This document shows positions 57,622 to 64,000 of a stretch of 64,000 nt of DNA, one piece after another. The notes beneath the pieces are model-generated. The model searched no databases. It was not told where the DNA came from and saw only the letters and a list, made by a program, of their open reading frames with translations. A program made the translations under genes and the position numbers. The stretch is from assembly GCA_002400845.2 (NCBI GenBank), contig NVRK02000108.1, positions 33 through 64,032 of the forward strand, written 5' to 3'. Source of the stretch: Hyphomicrobiales bacterium (GTDB lineage: Bacteria > Pseudomonadota > Alphaproteobacteria > Rhizobiales > Rhizobiaceae). Each line of letters starts with the position of its first letter. Position 1 is the stretch's first letter.

Positions 57622-58404
57622 CTAATCAAGCTGTTTTATAAGGCGATACAAAGTATCAATTGTCGAAGCATCGGCGATACCGTCAACCTTAGCTTGGCGA
57701 AAATGCATCTGAAACGCTTTTACGCAATTAGCAGTGTGTTGATTATATTCACCACTCACCTCAACACCATAGCCGTAAAGTGAGAGCATAGACTGAAGCG
57801 CCTCAATAGGCTGTCCACTTTCTCCCATTTGAAAAAACCGCCCATCGCGTATAGCGCTTGGCTCTACCAAATGACCTATTCCATTTTCAAATAACTGCGC
57901 CCACGGAAATTTTTCACCCGGGTCTTGCTTGCGACCAGGTGCAATATCAGAATGTCCAACAACATTTCTAGCAGCAATATCTTGGCGTTCTATAATATCT
58001 TTACAAAGCAAAATTACAGCATTTATTTGCGTATCAGGAAAATCTGGGTAGCCATGATCGTGACCACGATTAACAATTTCAATTCCAATTGATCGCGAAT
58101 TGATATCTTCATAACCCAACCATTTTGAGGCACCTGCATGCCAAGCGCGCTTATTTTCAGCAACCATTTGCACAATACGCCCATCTTCATGGATTAGATA
58201 ATGACAAGAAACTTGGCTCTCTTCTACACATAACCAATTCAATGCTTGGTCGCCACTGGGCATGCCTGTGTAATGCAAAATCAACATGTCAGGCTTTTCC
58301 AAACCGCGACGCTCATTCAAGTTTACTGCGCGCTTAACTTCGCAGGTACAATTTGTATCTGCGACATCAAGTAAACTTATAGTGGGCTGATCTTGCTTAC
58401 TCAT
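57622..58404 (-). CDS. N-acetylmuramoyl-L-alanine amidase (Amidase_2/AmpD-like) with a C-terminal peptidoglycan-binding domain
   Basis: 260 aa. HYTGM, SCHYLIHEDGRIVQMV...RAWHAG, SIGIEIVN, VVGHSDIAPGRKQDPG. C-terminal LQSMLSLYGYGVEVSGEY...AFQMHFR. Confidence 0.88.
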   Translation of the reverse strand: MSKQDQPTISLLDVADTNCTCEVKRAVNLNERRGLEKPDMLILHYTGMPSGDQALNWLCVEESQVSCHYLIHEDGRIVQMVAENKRAWHAGASKWLGYEDINSRSIGIEIVNRGHDHGYPDFPDTQINAVILLCKDIIERQDIAARNVVGHSDIAPGRKQDPGEKFPWAQLFENGIGHLVEPSAIRDGRFFQMGESGQPIEALQSMLSLYGYGVEVSGEYNQHTANCVKAFQMHFRQAKVDGIADASTIDTLYRLIKQLD

Positions 58405-59159
58405 GCAATTGTCTCACCAGATTGATTGGAAGAATTATCTAAATCTTGAGAAGCAGTCAGTTTTAAAGAATGCTCTTTTTCAATTTGATCCCAAGCAAAA
58501 TTAATTTCAGCTAAGCGATCATTTGCAATTTTTAAAAACTCTTGCGGTACACCACGTGACACCATTTTGTCTGGATGATTTTCGCTCACCAATTTACGAT
58601 AATGCTTTTTAAGCTGAGCAAAATCCCATTCACGGTTAGCGCCTAAAATACAATAAGGGTCGCCCTCTTCTGGAACAACATTGCGTAATTTAATCTGCTC
58701 AAATGTACGTCCACTTATTCCAAATATCTCTGCAACAACTTCAATAAATTGCAACTCTAATTCATGAATGACACCATCTGCTTTTGCAATATAAAACAGC
58801 GCATTTAACACATCACGTAAAATATCATCATCATCAGGAAAAAGCCGTTTTACCTGCGCCGCATAATGTTCAAACCCTGCAACGTCCTGCATGGCAAGAT
58901 TATACAGCCTATTCACATTGCGCATTTCTTCAGGCGGCACTTCAAACAATTCATGAAAAGCCGCAATTTCATCATCGGTAACAATGCCGTCGGCTTTAGC
59001 GGCCTTTGCAGATAGCGCAACAATCGCAATAGAAAATGCAACTTGTTTGCGCGTTATTGGGTCGCCTTCAAAAAAAGTACGCGCAGCTTCCACAACGGCA
59101 GAAAACCCTTGCGAGACAGCACTGGATAATATTTCGCCAAGACGCGACCAAATAGACAT
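58401..59159 (-). CDS. djlA: DjlA-like co-chaperone (TerB-like domain plus C-terminal J domain)
   Basis: 252 aa. TerB-like AKADGIVTDDEIAAF ... AKADGVIHELE. J domain DPYCILGANREWDFAQLKKHYRKLVSENHPDK. 4-nt overlap with the amidase gene. Confidence 0.82.
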   Translation of the reverse strand: MSIWSRLGEILSSAVSQGFSAVVEAARTFFEGDPITRKQVAFSIAIVALSAKAAKADGIVTDDEIAAFHELFEVPPEEMRNVNRLYNLAMQDVAGFEHYAAQVKRLFPDDDDILRDVLNALFYIAKADGVIHELELQFIEVVAEIFGISGRTFEQIKLRNVVPEEGDPYCILGANREWDFAQLKKHYRKLVSENHPDKMVSRGVPQEFLKIANDRLAEINFAWDQIEKEHSLKLTASQDLDNSSNQSGETIA

Positions 59160-59233
59160 TTGTTATACATAGGCGACTCGGACAGCACTTTGAAGGGATA
59201 AAGAGACGCAGTATAAATTTATGGTACGTTTAT

Positions 59234-59833
59234 TTACGAAGTGACAAAACCATCGTCTTTACCCATTATCAGCACCCAAAGATGCGTATATTGCGGGTTG
59301 TTACCTGAATTATTATAGGCATATGCCAAGCCTGCCAGCGTATAATGTGGCTTTAGCATGTTGCGCCTATGGCCGTCCGACTCTATCCAGCCTGCAATCG
59401 CCGCATCAATATTAGCATAACCAACGCCTAGGTTTTCTCCAGAAGAGTTATCATAACCAGCCGCATTAATGCGTTTTTTAAATTGCGTGCCTGGTCCAAT
59501 TTCGTGGCCATACTTACCCTTAGATGCCATTAAGTTTGCATAATCTTGAGATGCTTTTTGCAAACGCGGATCATTTTTAAAAATCGCCAACCCATTGTTT
59601 TTTCTAACATCATTCAACTTTGCAAAACCATCTTCAAAATCGAACTCAATTTTCCCAGTACGTGTCATTTTTGGTTTTGGCTTATTTGTCAAATCACTAC
59701 GAGTAATTGAATCTAGAATACTGCCAGTGGAAGTCGAATTATCAATTCCTGCACAACCAGTCAAAATAAATACAGAACTACCCGCTATAAAATTACGTCT
59801 CGAAATCAAATCAATAACCATACCAAAACCCAC
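59234..59833 (-). CDS. CAP (SCP/PR-1-like) domain lipoprotein
   Basis: 199 aa (GTG 59833, or ATG 59821). SRRNFIAGSSVFILTGC lipobox. CAP motifs YGHE, GENLG, GHRRNML. Confidence 0.8.
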   Translation of the reverse strand: MGFGMVIDLISRRNFIAGSSVFILTGCAGIDNSTSTGSILDSITRSDLTNKPKPKMTRTGKIEFDFEDGFAKLNDVRKNNGLAIFKNDPRLQKASQDYANLMASKGKYGHEIGPGTQFKKRINAAGYDNSSGENLGVGYANIDAAIAGWIESDGHRRNMLKPHYTLAGLAYAYNNSGNNPQYTHLWVLIMGKDDGFVTS

Positions 59834-59968
59834 ATTTTTTTAATTCACCAATTAAACCTAGTCAGACACAGTTAAATAATGACTCAAAAATTTGGTTAAA
59901 ATTGTCCTAATGACAAGAAACGGGTGGCAGGCTTTCAAAGAAAGCGCTACGTTTTAAACGGAGGCAAT

Positions 59969-60883
59969 ATGCAACTAAATCAAAATTTACAAATGACAAA
60001 CAAGACATGGGGTATGTTAATTTTACTTGCCACAATTTGGGGAAGTTCATTTCTATTTGGCCGAATAGCAGTGTTAGAAGTGCCGGCCTTTACAGTTGTT
60101 TTATTGCGCGTTGGTTTGGCAGCGATTTGCCTTTGGCTATTTATACTTTTTACAAAGCGTAAATTCAAAATCACAAAATGGCTATTAGTGAACGGAGCAA
60201 TCATTGGAATTTTAAACAACGTTATTCCATTTTCATTTATTCTTTACGGTCAAAAAGAAATTGGCGCTGGCCTTGCCGCAGTTGTAAATGCCATGACGCC
60301 CATTTGGACATTGCTAATCGCCAATTGGTTTACCAGTGACGAAAAATTTTCGACGTTAAAGCTGGTTGGAATACTCTTCGGTTTTGCTGGCGTTGCAGTG
60401 TTAATGGGCGGCGATATTTGGTTGGGACTAACCGCTTCTGCCCTCGCGCAATTTATGGTGATAATGGCGACCATAAGCTACGGAATATCTGGTGTATTTG
60501 GCAAACGCTTTAAAGGATACGACCCAGTGTTAATAGCCGCTTGCCAAATGACAACATCCACTTTGTGCATGGTGCCCATTGTATTATTCATTGACGATCC
60601 ATTTTCTATTACCATGCCATCAACGACGGCAATTTTTTCAATCATTACCTTAGCAATACTGTGCACAGCATTTGCTTATGTATTATTTTTTAAAATCTTG
60701 GATGCGGCAGGTGCAGTAAATGTATCGCTGGTAACATTGCTAGTGCCTGTAAGCGCAATATCTTTGGGCATCATTTTCTTAAACGAAACGCTCACCCCAT
60801 ACCAAATCGGCGGCATCTCATTGATTGCCGCCGGCTTGCTCATTCTTGATGGTAGGCTCTTTCGTAAAAGGGCTTCCGCATAA
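59969..60883 (+). CDS. EamA/DMT family transporter
   Basis: ORF 59924-60883. ATG 59969 is preceded by GGAGG at 4-nt spacing. About 10 TM helices; LLATIWGSSFLF, typical of the EamA domain. Confidence 0.85.
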   Translation: MQLNQNLQMTNKTWGMLILLATIWGSSFLFGRIAVLEVPAFTVVLLRVGLAAICLWLFILFTKRKFKITKWLLVNGAIIGILNNVIPFSFILYGQKEIGAGLAAVVNAMTPIWTLLIANWFTSDEKFSTLKLVGILFGFAGVAVLMGGDIWLGLTASALAQFMVIMATISYGISGVFGKRFKGYDPVLIAACQMTTSTLCMVPIVLFIDDPFSITMPSTTAIFSIITLAILCTAFAYVLFFKILDAAGAVNVSLVTLLVPVSAISLGIIFLNETLTPYQIGGISLIAAGLLILDGRLFRKRASA

Positions 60884-60897
60884 ATTAGATAATAAAA

Positions 60898-61809
60898 TCA
60901 GTCTTTTGAAGCTGTTTCTGGAATCTTTTCGTGAATGCCCAAAAGTCTACAAATTGCCACTGGCAACTCAGCTTTGTTCATTGTGTAAATATGAAAGTCT
61001 GTAACACCTCTTGTTGCCAAATCAGCAACTTGTTCTGCCGCAACTGCGGCCGCTAACATTTGCCTTGTTTCAGGATCACTATCGATGCCATCAAATCGTT
61101 CTGCCAACCACTGCGGAACGCTCGTACCACAACGTGACGCAAAATTTGCGACCTTAATAAAGTTATGAATTGGCTGAATACCTGGAATGATTGGAATGTA
61201 AATTCCAGCTTTGCGCACACGCTCCAAATAAGCTTCATAAAGATCATTATCAAAAAAGAACTGCGTTATTGCGCGCGTTGCGCCAGCATCAACTTTGCGT
61301 TTAAGCATGTCCATATCAGTTGCAAAATCTGCACTCTCTGGATGCTTTTCAGGATAGGCTGCAACGGTCACATCAAAGTCAGAAATTCCTTTAAGACCAG
61401 CGACCAATTCTGCACCATTATTGTATCCACTTGGATGCGGAATATAACGTTCTCCTATGCCATCAGCTGGATCACCGCGCAACGCCACAAAACGGTTTAT
61501 ACCAGCGTCTTTAAACTCATTTACAATGCCATCGACTTCACTCTTAGATGCACCGACACAAGTTAGGTGCGCAGCAACATTAAGATTAGTCTCATCCACC
61601 ATTCGTTTGACAGTACGCAAAGTACGCTCTCTGGTCGAGCCGCCTGCCCCATAAGTAACAGAGACAAATTTAGGGCTTAGATTCTCAATTCTTCGTATCG
61701 CTTTCCATAAATTCTCCTCAGCTTTATCAGAAATAGGAGGGAAAAATTCAAACGACACGTCCACTTTTTTACTTGAAGCAACAGAACGGGACAATTTATA
61801 AAGGGACAT
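60898..61809 (-). CDS. metF: Methylenetetrahydrofolate reductase
   Basis: 303 aa. VSFEFFPP, VTYGAGGSTRERT, ALRGDP, ITQFFFD. Confidence 0.95.
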   Translation of the reverse strand: MSLYKLSRSVASSKKVDVSFEFFPPISDKAEENLWKAIRRIENLSPKFVSVTYGAGGSTRERTLRTVKRMVDETNLNVAAHLTCVGASKSEVDGIVNEFKDAGINRFVALRGDPADGIGERYIPHPSGYNNGAELVAGLKGISDFDVTVAAYPEKHPESADFATDMDMLKRKVDAGATRAITQFFFDNDLYEAYLERVRKAGIYIPIIPGIQPIHNFIKVANFASRCGTSVPQWLAERFDGIDSDPETRQMLAAAVAAEQVADLATRGVTDFHIYTMNKAELPVAICRLLGIHEKIPETASKD

Positions 61810-61856
61810 ACATATTTTCCATTTTTTTATTAAAACTTACAACCAGAGTTTATTAC

Positions 61857-62840
61857 TCAGGCAATTTGAATACGCTTATCTTGGGCAAGCCATAACGTAA
61901 CAATTAGGGATTCATCTTTAGCGGTTTTTGAACCCTTAGGTTCCAACTTTTGAACTTTTCTAACTTCCAAGCCGCATTCTTCTAACCAACTAGACATTTG
62001 GTCCTCTTCAAAACCAAGTCGAATATGCGCATGTTTATCACGCAGAAAATCCAATCCATGCGGCGCAAAATCAACGATTAACATTCGCCCACCAGGGGCC
62101 AGTGCTTTGCTAGCCTCTTTGATCGCAGATTTGGGATCATCTAAATAATGCAACACTTGGTGAATGGTCACCAGATCAAACGAATTGGCATCCGTTGGTA
62201 AATTCAACAAATTACCCAAACGAATTTGAACTTTTGAAACATCTTCTAAATTAGAACGCGCAACCGACAACATCTCGCGGCTACCATCAACACCAACCCC
62301 TCTATGGTACAGATCGGCGAACAGCTCTAACAAACGTCCCGTACCTGTTCCAAGGTCTAGCATAGATTGAAATGGCGCAGAGCCAATAAGAGTTAGCATC
62401 GCTGCTTCAACTTTAGATTCATCTACATGCAATGAACGAATAGCATCCCAGCTAGAAGCATTCTCATCAAAATACTCAGAAGCAACAGCAGCACGTCGCG
62501 CTCTAACTTCTTGCAAGCGTTCTAAATCACGTAACAATTGAACGTCATTTTGGCTCATATGTGCTAAAAGTGTATTTACAAAATCAGCGTTTTGACCTTC
62601 TTGAACAGCCCGAAAAAATGCCCAAGCACCTTCTTGGTAACGCTCCAAAAGCCCCGCTTCTGATAGTAATTTCAAGTGCCTAGAAACACGCGGCTGTGAC
62701 TGACCTAAAATATCAATAACGTCCGTAACCGTTAAGTCGCCATGGGATAACAAAGCCAATAAGCGCAGACGTGTTTGTTCTCCCGCTGCGCGCAGCAAGT
62801 TTACAGTATGATCCAACGGTAATTGTGTCTTGTTCAACAT
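61857..62840 (-). CDS. sahR: ArsR-type HTH fused to a SAM-methyltransferase-like domain (SahR-like regulator of the methionine/SAM cycle)
   Basis: 327 aa. ArsR HTH LLRAAGEQTRLRLLALLSHGDLTVTDVIDILGQSQPRVSRHLKLLSEAGLL. MTase motif I LDLGTGTGRLL. 47 nt upstream of metF on the same strand. Architecture matches published SahR; the symbol is tentative. Confidence 0.7.
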   Translation of the reverse strand: MLNKTQLPLDHTVNLLRAAGEQTRLRLLALLSHGDLTVTDVIDILGQSQPRVSRHLKLLSEAGLLERYQEGAWAFFRAVQEGQNADFVNTLLAHMSQNDVQLLRDLERLQEVRARRAAVASEYFDENASSWDAIRSLHVDESKVEAAMLTLIGSAPFQSMLDLGTGTGRLLELFADLYHRGVGVDGSREMLSVARSNLEDVSKVQIRLGNLLNLPTDANSFDLVTIHQVLHYLDDPKSAIKEASKALAPGGRMLIVDFAPHGLDFLRDKHAHIRLGFEEDQMSSWLEECGLEVRKVQKLEPKGSKTAKDESLIVTLWLAQDKRIQIA

Positions 62841-62906
62841 AGTTCCTTCATTTAGGTTGTGCTAGAATCTATAGTCAGCAAACCTAATAGCCTCACTGAA
62901 ATAATC

Positions 62907-62926
62907 ATATAAAGATATCTTTATAT
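62907..62926. promoter_or_regulatory. Perfect 20-bp palindrome in the sahR-like / DUF2293 divergent intergenic region (candidate operator)
   Basis: atataaagat|atctttatat. 67-86 nt upstream of the sahR-like ATG (62840). Confidence 0.5.
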
Positions 62927-63031
62927 CTTTTCAACCATGTAATCAAGTTTTTAATATAAGGCCAGTTAGCAATATGCGCTTAATTCTAATCCCACATCAT
63001 TTTTCAAAGGCCTAAAATAAAGGGTTCCGCT

Positions 63032-63358
63032 ATGATAAGTGACAAGGCTTATAGACTGCGACAGGTTCGTAAAACTTTAAAACTAATGATCCCCAATGCA
63101 AGTCTTTATGACTTTCAAAAAGTAATGACGATTGCAGAAGGTTCTCATTTGCGTCACCTGCCCTCACCCATTTTGGCTTGGCGATCCGTCACCACACATA
63201 TCAGGCATAATCATACCCAATATGATGCACTGCTCGAAGAAGGCTACGATATAGAAAGCGCCAAGCATTTTGTTTTAGATATAATGAATGAAACGCTGGA
63301 ACTATGGGGTGCGACTAAAAGAATTGAAGTGAACGAAATAAGTGAAATTGAGGAATAA
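63032..63358 (+). CDS. DUF2293 domain protein
   Basis: 108 aa. VTTHIRHNHTQYDALLEEGYDIESAKHFV matches the remembered DUF2293 core (IRHxHTxYDxLL). Confidence 0.7.
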   Translation: MISDKAYRLRQVRKTLKLMIPNASLYDFQKVMTIAEGSHLRHLPSPILAWRSVTTHIRHNHTQYDALLEEGYDIESAKHFVLDIMNETLELWGATKRIEVNEISEIEE

Positions 63359-63372
63359 ACGCCCCAATCCCC

Positions 63373-64000
63373 CTAGTAAATCCATTGTTCCCAAATACGA
63401 GCCGTAACTGTTTCGCCTGTTTTAATGATGCCCGGCACTTCAACCCATGCAACAAGTCCGCGTTTCATATTGGAAGCGCTTTTAAAATTCAGCGCCATAT
63501 CCGTTTTTGTAAAGTCACCCTCTGTGGCATCCACACCAACATGCCTAGCAACACTGCCACCAGCTAATCGACATGGCGCATTATAACCATCTATTCGCAA
63601 GGTCACGCCACCTTCAAAAAACAACAATGTACGTGGCGGTAAATAGCTCATATTTGGAATATTTTGCAGAACCAAATTTGCACCAATCCAGCCAGCATCA
63701 ACTTTGTCGACACCCATGCTCGCAGAAATTTTCTCTAGCTCTTCTACACTTAGAATAGAAATCTGACGTTCATTACGCATTTGCGTGCCGCGCTGATACC
63801 ATGGTTCGCGCCCACCAGATTTTCGGGTAATACCAGCATGAAAATCGCCCTTAATACCCTCATAATCCACAACAAGTTCATCTACTGTTTGAGAAACAAA
63901 ATCAGATCCATTTGCCGCCAAAATACGGGTGACAACACCCTTAACTTTTTTCGGAGGAACCTTATTTATTTGGTTTTCTGCTCCAGCATTTTTCGAAGTA
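63373..64000 (-). CDS. MOSC domain protein; the start may lie beyond the window end
   Basis: The ORF track starts at TTG 63921, but the frame stays open to base 63999 (hand translation upstream: ...KVPPKKVKGVVTRILAANGS). MOSC-like GIKGDFHAG...; ...CRLAGGSV. Confidence 0.75.
   Translation of the reverse strand, partial: TSKNAGAENQINKVPPKKVKGVVTRILAANGSDFVSQTVDELVVDYEGIKGDFHAGITRKSGGREPWYQRGTQMRNERQISILSVEELEKISASMGVDKVDAGWIGANLVLQNIPNMSYLPPRTLLFFEGGVTLRIDGYNAPCRLAGGSVARHVGVDATEGDFTKTDMALNFKSASNMKRGLVAWVEVPGIIKTGETVTARIWEQWIY

Overview
This 64-kb window looks like core chromosome from a low-GC alphaproteobacterium. The Rhizobiales/Hyphomicrobiales assignment is an inference from gene order and the ANDNYAEARLAA tmRNA tag; GC was judged by eye.

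Gene content:
- Left part: hflK (edge-truncated), folA-thyA, a DUF2853 gene, a circularly permuted two-piece tmRNA gene followed by an sspB-DUF4169-RHH operon, a 1342-aa AsmA-like envelope protein, a GlcD/D-lactate-dehydrogenase-type FAD oxidase, a ClC channel, MarR, a BTLCP peptidase, queF, uvrD, two orphan secreted proteins, amtB-glnK, a Na+/H+ antiporter, prmA, pepP and azlCD.
- Middle: ligA, DUF922, recN, bamD, lpxC and a complete minus-strand dcw cluster (mraZ-rsmH-ftsL-ftsI-murE-murF-mraY-murD-ftsW-murG-murC-murB-ddl-ftsQ-ftsA-ftsZ).
- Right part: dgkA, RNase P RNA, a Tat-signal esterase, an SLT transglycosylase, an AmpD-like amidase, djlA, a CAP-domain lipoprotein, an EamA transporter, a SahR-like regulator with metF, DUF2293 and a MOSC gene (edge-truncated).

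I found no transposase, integrase, phage, CRISPR, restriction-modification or recognisable defence genes, and no tRNA or rRNA. The region reads as housekeeping DNA, so I do not claim a novel multi-gene system.

What deserves a second look is mainly cis-regulatory structure and a few small or orphan genes:
- five TGGG-type repeats at exact 10-bp phasing upstream of mraZ
- a perfect 20-bp palindrome upstream of the SahR-like gene
- a perfect 15-bp inverted repeat upstream of an amtB-glnK pair in inverted order
- several significant short direct or tandem repeats in intergenic regions
- an unannotated 54-codon gene with its own RBS and terminator
- the uncharacterised DUF4169-RHH pair that appears co-transcribed with sspB next to ssrA
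- a secreted Cys-rich protein with an internal duplication

All family assignments come from motif recognition by eye. RNA ends and some start codons are approximate, and no database search or computation was run.
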